A DNA stretch of 56,885 bases from Gemmatimonadota bacterium. GTDB lineage: Bacteria > Gemmatimonadota > Gemmatimonadetes > Gemmatimonadales > GWC2-71-9. The stretch is from positions 1 through 56,885 of the forward strand of contig JBDHDE010000011.1 of NCBI GenBank assembly GCA_039591655.1, read 5' to 3'. Shown here one piece after another: positions 19,577 through 28,509 of the stretch. The stretch's first letter is position 1, and each line of letters starts with the position of its first letter. A model generated the notes under the pieces. The model ran no database searches. It had not been told where the DNA came from and was given only the letters and a program-made list of their open reading frames with translations. The translations under genes and the position numbers were made by a program.

Positions 19577-21426
19577 GCTGGCGCCGCGTGGCGTCGGGTA
19601 CCGAGCCGAGCGCCGACCAATGGGGGCTGGCACTCTCGGTGCTTCTCGCCCTGGGGGCGTATGCCACCAGCGTGGGCCACGACTTCGTGTACGACGACGT
19701 CCACGTCATCGCGGAGAACCCCCTGTTCCACTCCATGGCCAATTGGCGCGCCATCCTCGGCTCCGCCTGGTGGGGCCCCGAGCTGTACCGGCCCGTCACG
19801 GCGCTGACGCTGGCCGTGGACTGGTCCGTGGGGGGCGGCGACCCGCACCTGTTCCATGCATGGAACGTGGTGTTCCACGCCGTGGCCACGGGACTGGTCT
19901 TCGTGCTGGCCCGGCGCTGGATCCAGACATTCGGCGCCACCGTGGCGGCAGCCCTGTTCGCCGTGCACCCGGTGCACGTGGAGGCGGTGGCCAACGTGGT
20001 GGGACGCGCCGAGGTGCTGGCGGGACTGTTCACCGTGGCCGCTGCCATCGTCTACGCCGCCGACGGAGATCTGGCCCGGTCCGGCGACCGGTCGTGGCGC
20101 CGCTGGATCGCATCGCTGGGCTCGCTCGGATTGCTGGCTCTCGCCCTGGGATCCAAGGAGAGCGCGTTTGCCACGCCGGGCATCTTCCTCATCGTGGACT
20201 GGCTCGACGCCAAGCGGGCCGGGGAACGCTCGGTGGATCGCTGGCGGCGCCACTGGATCGTGTGGCTCGCATCGGTGGCGCTCACGGCGGAGTTCCTCTG
20301 GGTGCGGATGCTGGTCGTGGGAGGCCTGACCGGAGTGCACGCCGCCCCTGGCATAGAGGGCGAAGGCCTGGTGGGCCGGCTCCTGGTGATGGCGCCGGTG
20401 GTCCTGGAGTACGGGCGGCTGTTACTGTTCCCGCTCCGGCTCTCGGCCGACTACTCCCCCAACTTCCTCGAGCCGGTGGCGGCGCTCACCCTCGCGGGCG
20501 CCGCCGGCCTCGCCACGGTCGTGCTCGGGATCCTGGTGGCGATCCGCGCCAAGGACCGCGCCCCGGTGGTGAGCTTCGGCCTGGCGTGGGTGGGTGGCAC
20601 ACTGCTGGTGATCTCCAACCTCCTGGTGCCCACCGGCGTGGTACTGGCCGAGCGCTCCATGTACGTTCCCTCGGTCGGTGTGGTGCTGATACTCGGTTGG
20701 GCGGCCGACTGGCTCGCCGTGCAGCGGCGCCTCACCGCAGCGCTGCTCGCGGCCCTGGTAGTGGGCCTGGGAATGGCCCGCACCGTTACGCGCGTCCCCG
20801 TATGGAGCACCCGCGGGGGCTTCTTCCTGCAGTTGGTGAAGGATGCCCCCGGCTCGTACCGCGGCTTCTGGGTGGCGAGCGCCCTGGCGTACGGCGCCGG
20901 CAACCGGGAGCGCGGCGAGGCCCTCGCGCTCGAGGCCCTCAAGATCCAGCCGGTGTTCCCCAACCTGTGGGAGTACATGGCGCGGCGCTACGAGGAGGAC
21001 GAACGGTGGCTGGAGGCGGCGCACGCCCTGAACGCCGAGTTCCGCCTCGACAGCACGAGGCTGCACGTGGCCGCCGACGCCATCGTGGACTACGTGTGGT
21101 CCGGCGCCCTGGACAGCGCGGCGGCTGTCGGGAGCCGGGCCCAGCGCATGGATCCCCACTACTATCGGGTGCACATCGCCATGGCCGACCTAGCGCTGGC
21201 CCGCGGCCGGCCGCTGGAAGCCATGACATACAGACGGCGGGCGGCCCTGCAGTTTCCCCAGGTGTGGCAGTACTGGCATTTCACCGCTGAGGCGGCACTG
21301 CTGGCAGGTCACTGTCCCGAGGTGCTGCGCGCGCAGGAGCGGTTGCGGACGCTGGAGGTACACGAGCAAGTGCTGCAGACGCTGCAGGAGCGAGCCGAGG
21401 AGGTCGGGTGCGAGCCCGCTGGGTAG
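19573..21426 (+). CDS. TMTC/DUF1736-like GT-C glycosyltransferase with C-terminal TPR-like helices
   Basis: DFVYDD..I.ENP, YRPVT, FHAWNV.FH, LFAVHPVHVEAVANVVGRAE, SKES, LSADYS, AERSMYVPS, R..VW; GTGA overlap start. Confidence 0.8.
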   Translation: MSWRRVASGTEPSADQWGLALSVLLALGAYATSVGHDFVYDDVHVIAENPLFHSMANWRAILGSAWWGPELYRPVTALTLAVDWSVGGGDPHLFHAWNVVFHAVATGLVFVLARRWIQTFGATVAAALFAVHPVHVEAVANVVGRAEVLAGLFTVAAAIVYAADGDLARSGDRSWRRWIASLGSLGLLALALGSKESAFATPGIFLIVDWLDAKRAGERSVDRWRRHWIVWLASVALTAEFLWVRMLVVGGLTGVHAAPGIEGEGLVGRLLVMAPVVLEYGRLLLFPLRLSADYSPNFLEPVAALTLAGAAGLATVVLGILVAIRAKDRAPVVSFGLAWVGGTLLVISNLLVPTGVVLAERSMYVPSVGVVLILGWAADWLAVQRRLTAALLAALVVGLGMARTVTRVPVWSTRGGFFLQLVKDAPGSYRGFWVASALAYGAGNRERGEALALEALKIQPVFPNLWEYMARRYEEDERWLEAAHALNAEFRLDSTRLHVAADAIVDYVWSGALDSAAAVGSRAQRMDPHYYRVHIAMADLALARGRPLEAMTYRRRAALQFPQVWQYWHFTAEAALLAGHCPEVLRAQERLRTLEVHEQVLQTLQERAEEVGCEPAG

Positions 21427-22898
21427 CCTGGGGTGACTGGGCGACGCGGGAATGGCCCCACGTCCTGGCGCTGTTCGTCTTCGTGCTGGCCCTCTGGGCG
21501 CAGGCCGAAGCCATGGTGGGTGTGTTCTACGACGACGGCATCTACGTCGTGCTGGCGAAGGCGCTGGCCGGTAGCGAGGGGTACCGCAACATCCACCTGC
21601 CCGACGCGCCGGCGGCGGTGCACTACCCCATCCTGTATCCGTTCGCGCTGAGCCTGCTGTGGCGGCTCTGGCCGGCGTTCCCCGCCAACGTGGTCCTGTT
21701 CGAGATCTTCGACTCGGCGGCCCTCGCCGTCTCGGCCTGGCTCATGGCGCTGCATGCGCGCCGTGCGAACCTGCCGGGGATCGCCGCGCCGGTGGCTCTG
21801 TTCCTGGGGTTCACCGCCTTCCCGGTCCTGGCCGTGGTGGGGGTCCGGCTCTCCGAGCCGCTGTTCCTGGCACTGTTCGCTGCAGCGGTCCTCATGGCCG
21901 ACCGGGACATCGTGACCGATCGGGGGGCCGTCGCGGCGGGGGTGCTGGCGGGGCTCGCGACCCTCACCCGCAGCGTGGGGGTGACGGTGATCGCGGGGGT
22001 GGCCATCGGGCTGTGGCTCAAGGGCCGGCGACGGGCGGCGATCATCCACTCGGCGGTCGCCGCGGTCATCATCGCGCCGTGGTTCGTGTGGGTTGCGGGA
22101 GCCAAGGGTGGGATCGACCCGCGCCTCTCCGCCAGCTATGGGACCTACTTCGACGAGGTGGGCCAGGCGGGAGTGAGCGGGGTGCTGCCCGGGTTCGACC
22201 TGAGCGTGGTGGGTCCGCTGGCCCGCCTGACGCTGCCGGGCGCGCCGGGGTGGCTGTGGTATCCCCTGGTGGCGCTGCTGGCCGTGGTGATCGGGTGGGG
22301 CGGGTTGGTCCTGGCCCGGCGCGTCACCTGTCTGCTGGCTTCCATCGTGGCCTATCTCCTCATGATCGCGTTCTGGCCGTTCCCGCCCGACCGGTTCCTC
22401 TGGATCCTGGTGCCGTGGCTGGCGCTGCTCGGGGCGGCGGGAGGGATCGCCCTGTGGCGCCGCGGGGTGCCGGGCAGGGTGGCGGTGGCAGCGCTGCTGG
22501 TCGCCCTTGCGTTGGGCTACGTGCCCCGGGAGCTGACGTCGCTGAAGAACCGCGGGTTCGCCCGCACGGCCGAGCGGATCAGCATGCCGTTCGGCGTGCT
22601 GGTGCCGGCCATCAGCGCTGAGACGCCGGAGGCGGCGGTGGTGGCGTCGGCCGACGAGCCGCTGATCTACCTGTACACGGGCCGTCGCGCGGTGCCGAAC
22701 CACATCTTCCGCTGGAAGGAGCGGGACACCGAGGCGTTCTCGCCCGATACGACCTATCAGTTCTTCTGCGACTACGGCGTGAGCTACCTGGCGCTCACCA
22801 GCCCCAGCGCTAATGCCGCGCCCCTGTCGGCGGGGCTGGAGCCCATGTTCCGCGTCTCGGGCGGCCCGGCCCTGTTCCGGTATCTATGTCCCGCCTGA
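21408..22898 (+). CDS. Multi-TM GT-C-fold (ArnT/PMT-like) glycosyltransferase
   Basis: GVFYDDGIYVVLAKALA loop motif, HYPILYP, LSEPLF, LTRSVG, DRFL; many TM segments. Confidence 0.7.
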   Translation: MRARWVAWGDWATREWPHVLALFVFVLALWAQAEAMVGVFYDDGIYVVLAKALAGSEGYRNIHLPDAPAAVHYPILYPFALSLLWRLWPAFPANVVLFEIFDSAALAVSAWLMALHARRANLPGIAAPVALFLGFTAFPVLAVVGVRLSEPLFLALFAAAVLMADRDIVTDRGAVAAGVLAGLATLTRSVGVTVIAGVAIGLWLKGRRRAAIIHSAVAAVIIAPWFVWVAGAKGGIDPRLSASYGTYFDEVGQAGVSGVLPGFDLSVVGPLARLTLPGAPGWLWYPLVALLAVVIGWGGLVLARRVTCLLASIVAYLLMIAFWPFPPDRFLWILVPWLALLGAAGGIALWRRGVPGRVAVAALLVALALGYVPRELTSLKNRGFARTAERISMPFGVLVPAISAETPEAAVVASADEPLIYLYTGRRAVPNHIFRWKERDTEAFSPDTTYQFFCDYGVSYLALTSPSANAAPLSAGLEPMFRVSGGPALFRYLCPA

Positions 22899-24751
22899 CC
22901 CTCGGCCGCGCCGCGGCGCTGGCGGCCCTGGTGGCGTGCATCGTCTACTCCAACGCCCTGCTGAACGGGTGGGCGATGGACGACTCCGGCGTGGTGCGGG
23001 AAAACCCGGCGGCGCACTCCGTCGCAGCGGCGTGGGAGGGGCGGTTCTCGCCCTATTGGCCCATGGTGGAGGGGGTGAGCGCAGGGCTGTGGCGCCCGGC
23101 GATCACCATGTCCTACGCCGTGGACTGGACACTGTCGGGGGGGCGGGAGTGGTGGTTCCACGCCCACAACGTGCTGCTCCACGCCCTGGTCACGGCGCTG
23201 GTGGTACTAGTGATAGCCGCGTGGCTGCCGCCTCCCGCAGCCCTGGCAGCCGGCCTCGTGTTCGCGGTGCATCCGGTGCACGTGGAGGCGGTGTCGAACG
23301 TGGTGGGGCGGGCGGAGATCCAGGCCGCGCTGTTCATCCTGCTCGCCGTCGTCGCGTTCCGTCGCGCGCGGTTCGCTGGGAGCGTCGCGGGGAGCCGGGC
23401 CTGGTTTGCGGGGACCGTGGCGGCAACGCTTCTCGCGCTCCTCTCCAAGGAGCACGGGGCCGTGACCGTGACGGTGCTGGCGCTGGATGCGCTACTGCTC
23501 AAAGGCCCACAGGGCCGCCTGGTGGTCCGCCGGTTGCTGCTCATCGCGGCGATTACCGTGGCGTGGGTCCTGGTGTGGCAGGCGGTGGCCGGGGGGTGGG
23601 TGCGGCCCAGCACCGCCACGTCGCTGCGCTACCTCTCGCCCGGCCAGCGCATCGCCACGGTGCTCCCCGTCTACCTCGAGGTCGTGCGACTGCTCACCTG
23701 GCCCATGGTGCTGTCCCACGACTACAACCCCCAGCTCATTCCCCAGCGGACGGAGTTCACGGCCTTCGCGCTCATGGGGTTCCTGACCGCCGGTGCGGTG
23801 GTGGCGCTGGGGTTGGCGTGTCTCAAGAAGGCGCCGGTTGTGAGCTTCGGGATTCTCGTGGCGGTCCTGTCCTACGCACCCTCCTCCAACCTCATCTTCC
23901 CGGCGGGCACGATTCTCGGCGAGCGCCTGCTCTACCTGGCGGTGCTGGCGCCGGCGTGCGTGGCGGGGTGGCTGATGATGCGGTTTCGCGGGTGGCAGTG
24001 GGCGCTTCCGGCGCTGAGCATCGTGCTGCTCGCCTACGGCGCGCGCACGGTCACCCGGACGCCCTTCTGGAAGGACAGTCTCACCGTGGTGATCGATGGC
24101 CTGGTCCAGCATCCCGAGGTCTTCCGGGTGCACATGGAGCTGGGGCACATGCTGATGCAGGCGGGCGACTCCGCGCGGGCCCTGTCGGAGTACCTCGTCG
24201 CGGGTGAGATCTTCGGGCGCGATCCGTTCGTTGCGATGTGGAGCGTGCCGCTGGCGCTGGAGCTGGAACGGCCCCGGGTGGCGTTGCGGGAGGCACAGCG
24301 GGTGTGGCCCCTGGCGCCCCATCACCCGGCCGTAAACGGTGTGCTGGCCGGCGCGTACCGGGCCAACGGCCAGTGGGACTCCGCCCTGGCGGTGGCCCGT
24401 GAGGGTGTGCAACGGGCCCCGCAGAGCCGCACCGCAGCCCTCGTGTACCAGGAGCTGCTCAGGGCCCGGGACGAGCCCCCGTGGCGCATCGCCCTCGCCG
24501 AGGCCCGGCTCCACTGGCGCCGCGGCCATTTCACCAGCGCCACCGGGGCCTTGGCGGCGGCGGACACGCTGATCGGCGATGCCGCGAGCCTCGACGGAGT
24601 CTGTTGGGAGATCGCCGACCTCAGGCTGGCGATTCGCGCCCTCGTTCCAGAACTGGAGCAGGCGGCCCAAGAGGCCGCCCGGAGGGAGGGCCAGCCGTGT
24701 CAGATTGGTGACGCAGACCCCTTGCGTCCAGCGGGAGGCCTTGCAAATTGA
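22886..24751 (+). CDS. Second TMTC/DUF1736-like GT-C glycosyltransferase with TPR-like C-terminus
   Basis: WAMDD..V.ENP, WRP, FHAHNVLLH, FAVHPVHVEAVSNVVGRAE, SKEH, LSHDY, GERLLYL, R...W; clear paralog of 19573-21426. Confidence 0.8.
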   Translation: MSRLTLGRAAALAALVACIVYSNALLNGWAMDDSGVVRENPAAHSVAAAWEGRFSPYWPMVEGVSAGLWRPAITMSYAVDWTLSGGREWWFHAHNVLLHALVTALVVLVIAAWLPPPAALAAGLVFAVHPVHVEAVSNVVGRAEIQAALFILLAVVAFRRARFAGSVAGSRAWFAGTVAATLLALLSKEHGAVTVTVLALDALLLKGPQGRLVVRRLLLIAAITVAWVLVWQAVAGGWVRPSTATSLRYLSPGQRIATVLPVYLEVVRLLTWPMVLSHDYNPQLIPQRTEFTAFALMGFLTAGAVVALGLACLKKAPVVSFGILVAVLSYAPSSNLIFPAGTILGERLLYLAVLAPACVAGWLMMRFRGWQWALPALSIVLLAYGARTVTRTPFWKDSLTVVIDGLVQHPEVFRVHMELGHMLMQAGDSARALSEYLVAGEIFGRDPFVAMWSVPLALELERPRVALREAQRVWPLAPHHPAVNGVLAGAYRANGQWDSALAVAREGVQRAPQSRTAALVYQELLRARDEPPWRIALAEARLHWRRGHFTSATGALAAADTLIGDAASLDGVCWEIADLRLAIRALVPELEQAAQEAARREGQPCQIGDADPLRPAGGLAN

Positions 24752-24843
24752 GGGCCCCCAATGAGGCCGGGGGTGTCACGCAGAACTGCCGTGGCACGCG
24801 TAACTCTCTGGTGTGTCTGTTGTTAACCGGCGTGGTCCCCAGG

Positions 24844-24859
24844 GGGCATGGAGCTTGCT
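24844..24859 (+). promoter_or_regulatory. Sigma54 (-24/-12) promoter of pilA1
   Basis: GGGCATGGAGCTTGCT gives GG-N10-GC with TTGC, matching TGGCAC-N5-TTGC; about 80 nt before pilA1; imperfect dyad GTGTCACG...CGTGGCAC (about 24773-24797) upstream may be the activator site. Confidence 0.75.
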
Positions 24860-24940
24860 TTAAAGAGTGTCGGCAACAGGTGCCGCCTCGTATCTTGGCG
24901 GCCAAAGGGAGTGACACCACAATCCGCGGAGGTGTGTAGC

Positions 24941-25306
24941 ATGGACCGCAAGGGTTTCACCCTGATCGAGCTTCTGATCGTCGTGGTCATTATCGGCATT
25001 CTGGCCGCCATCGCGATCCCGAAGTTCGCCAACACGAAGGAGAAGGCGTACATCGCCGCGATGAAGTCCGACCTGCGCAACATGGTGAACGCGCAGGAGA
25101 GCTACTTCGCGGACTACACCACCTACACGACCGATCTCGGGACCGGCTACGGCGAGTCCCCGGGCGTGACGGTGGCCCTGGCGAGCGTGACCGGCACCGG
25201 CTGGCAGGCCACGTCGGCGCACAACGGTACGACCAAGACCTGCGTCATCTATCTTGGCGGCAACACGCCCAGCGGCACCACCGAGGGTGAACCGGTCTGC
25301 AACTAG
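24941..25306 (+). CDS. pilA: Major type IV pilin 1
   Basis: MDRKG|FTLIELLIVVVIIGILAAIAIPKF; GGAGG SD; C-terminal Cys pair; Ser/Thr-rich head. Confidence 0.93.
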   Translation: MDRKGFTLIELLIVVVIIGILAAIAIPKFANTKEKAYIAAMKSDLRNMVNAQESYFADYTTYTTDLGTGYGESPGVTVALASVTGTGWQATSAHNGTTKTCVIYLGGNTPSGTTEGEPVCN

Positions 25307-25333
25307 CGTAGATCGGTGGATGGTAGCTGGAGG

Positions 25334-25371
25334 GTGAGGCGGTGGGGGATACCCTCACCGCCTCGCTTCTT
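25334..25371 (+). terminator. Intrinsic terminator after pilA1
   Basis: GTGAGGCGGTGGGG / CCTCACCGCCTCGC stem followed by TTCTT. Confidence 0.65.
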
Positions 25372-25470
25372 ACCCACGATCCGGCGCAAGCACTGGACGA
25401 CTTGCATTATTTGCCTCAGAAGCGATGTTCCCACGCACTAACGAGGAAGAGCCGGCCAAGGACTTAGGCC

Positions 25471-25848
25471 ATGCGTAGCCAATCCAGAGGGTTCACGCTG
25501 ATCGAGCTCCTGATCGTGGTGGTGATCATCGGGATTCTGGCAGCCATCGCCATCCCGAAGTTCTCCAACACGAAGGAGCGGGCGTATCTGACGTCCATGA
25601 AGGCGGATCTCAGGAACCTGGTGACCGCCCAGGAGGCGTACCTGGCGGACCACAACACATACACAACGGATCTGGGCACCATGTACTCGGAGTCGCCCGG
25701 GATCAACGTCACGCTCCAGGGGGTCAGCGCGTCGGGCTGGGGGGCCACCGCGACACACAACGGGACCATCAAGACCTGTGCGGTCTTCTATGGAGGGGGG
25801 TCGCCGATCGCGCCGGCCACGCTCGAAGGGGAGCCGACGTGTAGTTGA
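25471..25848 (+). CDS. pilA: Major-type type IV pilin 2 (paralog of pilA1)
   Basis: MRSQSRG|FTLIELLIVVVIIGILAAIAIPKF; shares YTTDLGT.Y.ESPG, GW.AT..HNGT.KTC and EGEP.C with pilA1. Confidence 0.9.
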   Translation: MRSQSRGFTLIELLIVVVIIGILAAIAIPKFSNTKERAYLTSMKADLRNLVTAQEAYLADHNTYTTDLGTMYSESPGINVTLQGVSASGWGATATHNGTIKTCAVFYGGGSPIAPATLEGEPTCS

Positions 25849-25867
25849 GCCTGCTGAGTCTGATACC

Positions 25868-25906
25868 AAGGGCGGTAGGGCTTCGGCGCTGCCGCCCTTT
25901 TTCGTT
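25868..25906 (+). terminator. Intrinsic terminator after pilA2
   Basis: AAGGGCGGTAG...CTGCCGCCCTT stem with TTCG loop and a T-rich tail. Confidence 0.8.
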
Positions 25907-25962
25907 CCCCTCTCCGTGGCTTTGTTGCGGCTCCCGCAGGCCGCGGCACCCAGTTTCCCCCC

Positions 25963-26307
25963 ATGCGGGAAGCCGGGTTCACCATCGTCGAGGTCGTCAC
26001 CGCCCTGCTTGTGCTGGCGGTAGGGCTGCTGGGGCTCATGGGGACGGTGGCGGCAGCGACCCGGGCCGTGGCCCAGGGACATCGGCTCCAGCAAGCCGGT
26101 GTGGTTGCCTGGCGCCAGGTGGAGCGGCTCCGGGGAGGCGCGTGTGCCCCGCCTGGCAACGGCACATTCCAGGCCGGAGAGCTGGAGGTCTGGTGGAGCG
26201 TGTGGAGCGCAGCCGACGGCGCGGCGAGCAGGGTGCAGGTCGTGGTGCGTACCCCCACGGGCACGGGCTTCCGCACCTACACGCTCTCCAGCCTCATGCC
26301 GTGCTAG
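25963..26307 (+). CDS. pilV: PilV-like minor pilin (set 2)
   Basis: MREAG|FTIVEVVTALLVLAVGLLGL. Confidence 0.8.
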   Translation: MREAGFTIVEVVTALLVLAVGLLGLMGTVAAATRAVAQGHRLQQAGVVAWRQVERLRGGACAPPGNGTFQAGELEVWWSVWSAADGAASRVQVVVRTPTGTGFRTYTLSSLMPC

Positions 26308-27225
26308 GTGATGACGCCCCGGGGCTGGTCGCTCGTGGAGCTGGTCGTGGGGCTGGCGCTGACGGGTCTGGTGGCCGTCGCCGCGCACCGCGCCTTGGCG
26401 GCGGGCCACCGTGCCCACCGGTGGCAATCCGCTCGCGCGGAGCGCAGCGCCGTCGCACGGGATGCCATGGCTATCCTGCCGGGCGAGCTGCGGGGCCTCG
26501 ACGCTACGGACTCAGCCGGCAGCGACATCGTGGCCCTGTCCTCTACCTCCATCACTTACAAGGCTGTGCGGGCGCTTCGGGTGCTCTGCCGCGCGCCCGT
26601 TGTGGCCGACGCCCGGTCGGGGACTCTCGTGGTGGCGGAGGACCTCCGCTGGGGCACCCGGGGGATCGATCCGCAGCGTGACTCGCTCCTCATCTTCGCC
26701 GAAGCTGATCCCACCACGCCGGAGGACGACTACTGGGTGCGGGCGCAGCCGGCGGCCCTCGGTTCCCGATTACCCTGCCCCGGGGGCAAGCCGGGTCTCT
26801 CCCTGGGCGTGCGCCACGCCGGGCCATCCGAGGGTCTCCGGGATGTGAGGCCGGGGGCCCCGGTCTACGCCCAGGAGCTGATGCAGCTCGAGGCGTACGC
26901 CGACCGCCAGGGCGACTGGTGGCTCGGCGCCCGGCAGCACGCCCCGGGGCGCGGGTGGGGACGGATCCAGCCTGTCCTGGGCCCCCTGGCCCCGGAGGGG
27001 CTTCGGCTGGCCTACTACGACCCAGGGGGCGCGCCCACCGGAGTTCCCCGGGAGGTGGCCCGGATCGATATCCGGCTGGTCGTTGGGTCCGGCGGGCAGG
27101 CGCCAAGGGGGGCCCGGCACCGGGCTCGGACCCTGGACACCCTGGTGCTCAGCGTGGCCCTGCGGGGCAACCGGCGGGGCTCCTCTCGGGCAACATGGGG
27201 GCTCAGTGAGCCCGGCGCGCCCTAA
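26308..27225 (+). CDS. pilW: PilW-like minor pilin (set 2)
   Basis: PRG|WSLVELVVGLAL; shares DSLLIF..., WWLG, LGPL...GL..AYYD..G..T..P..V with the set-1 PilW. Confidence 0.7.
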   Translation: MMTPRGWSLVELVVGLALTGLVAVAAHRALAAGHRAHRWQSARAERSAVARDAMAILPGELRGLDATDSAGSDIVALSSTSITYKAVRALRVLCRAPVVADARSGTLVVAEDLRWGTRGIDPQRDSLLIFAEADPTTPEDDYWVRAQPAALGSRLPCPGGKPGLSLGVRHAGPSEGLRDVRPGAPVYAQELMQLEAYADRQGDWWLGARQHAPGRGWGRIQPVLGPLAPEGLRLAYYDPGGAPTGVPREVARIDIRLVVGSGGQAPRGARHRARTLDTLVLSVALRGNRRGSSRATWGLSEPGAP

Positions 27226-28390
27226 GCCCGGCGCCGCGGGCCGGCCCGGGACCACCGGCCGGGGGGAAGCCGGCCGGGGCACCCGCGCGGCGGAGGGGAG
27301 CGCGCTCCTCCTTATTCTGGTGGCGCTACTGGTGCTGGGAGCCCTCGTCGCGGCGGGCTTCCAGCTCGGGCTCAGGGAGCGCCGCGCAGGGGGCCGCGTG
27401 CTGGCCCTGGCCCAGGCGTTCCATGCGGCTGAGGAGGGTGCCTACCGCCAGCTGGCCGGTTGGCGGGAGGCCGGGCATCACCGCTTGGCGGTAGGCCAGG
27501 CCGCCTCGTTCGAGGGGCCGGCGGGCCCCGGGGGCGGGCGGTACCGGGGGGCCGTGCGCCGGTTGGGTGATCTACTCTTCCTGGTGCAATCCGAGGGGCT
27601 CAGCCACCCCGGGGGAGCGAGGCAGCGGGTGGGGCTCCTGGTCAGGGCGAGGCCGCTGGAGATCCCGGCAGCCGCGGCCCTCACCGTGGCAGGCTCACTC
27701 ACGGTCGCCGGTGGGGCGCTAGTGAATGGGGAGGACGTCCCGCCACGACAGTGGTATTGCGGGGAGCCGGGGGAGGCCCGACCCGGGGTCAGGCTCCCCG
27801 CCGCAGCCCAGCTCGACACGGCCCGATGCTTGCGCCACCCGTGTGTGGAGGGCGCCCCCGGCGTGCAGCGGGACTCCGGGCTGGGGTCCACAGCTCCGCT
27901 AGGCCCCGGGACCATCGCGCAGATCCGCACGCTGGCCGACAAGGTTCTCCCTCCGGGCCGCTGGACCGTCGGGCCTAACTCGTCCCGCGGCACGTGCCGG
28001 GAGGAGGATCCCTCCAATTGGGGAGACCCCGACGACCCCGGGGCTCCGTGCGGGACGTACTTCCCGGTAGTCCACGTCCCGGGCGATCTCGTCCTCGCCG
28101 GCGGCCGGGGCCAGGGGCTCCTGCTGGTGGACGGGGACCTCTCTGTGGGGGATGGCTTCCGCTTCCAGGGAGCGGCCATCGTCATGGGACAACTCGACAT
28201 AGCTGGTGAGGGAGGTCACTTCAGCGGAGGGGTGTTCGCCGCTACCGTTGTCCTTCGGCAGACCAGCATGGATGAACAGGCCACCATCGGGTACTCGAGC
28301 TGCGCGCTGAGCCGGGCACTCGTGGCCACAGCCGCCGGGGAGCTGCTGCCGCAACGTAGCTGGATCAGCCTCCCCGAAGCCCGTAAGTGA
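27206..28390 (+). CDS. pilX: Extended PilX-like minor pilin (set 2)
   Basis: AEG|SALLLILVALL (no Glu5), AFHAAEEG; C-terminal DPSNWG...C..YFPVV..GD...GQGLL shared with the set-1 PilX. Start uncertain. Confidence 0.7.
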   Translation: MSPARPKPGAAGRPGTTGRGEAGRGTRAAEGSALLLILVALLVLGALVAAGFQLGLRERRAGGRVLALAQAFHAAEEGAYRQLAGWREAGHHRLAVGQAASFEGPAGPGGGRYRGAVRRLGDLLFLVQSEGLSHPGGARQRVGLLVRARPLEIPAAAALTVAGSLTVAGGALVNGEDVPPRQWYCGEPGEARPGVRLPAAAQLDTARCLRHPCVEGAPGVQRDSGLGSTAPLGPGTIAQIRTLADKVLPPGRWTVGPNSSRGTCREEDPSNWGDPDDPGAPCGTYFPVVHVPGDLVLAGGRGQGLLLVDGDLSVGDGFRFQGAAIVMGQLDIAGEGGHFSGGVFAATVVLRQTSMDEQATIGYSSCALSRALVATAAGELLPQRSWISLPEARK

Positions 28391-28436
28391 CGGCGGTGGT
28401 TGGCTTTGATCCCTGCTGGTTAAAGTAGGTTGGAGG

Positions 28437-28465
28437 TTGACAAAAAACAGGGTCGGCACTACTGT
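28437..28465 (+). promoter_or_regulatory. Sigma70 promoter of pilMNOPQ
   Basis: TTGACA, 17-nt spacer, TACTGT. Confidence 0.7.
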
Positions 28466-28509
28466 AGTCTGCCGCTCTAGCCTCTTATCTCGTTAAACGG
28501 TCGGCAGAT

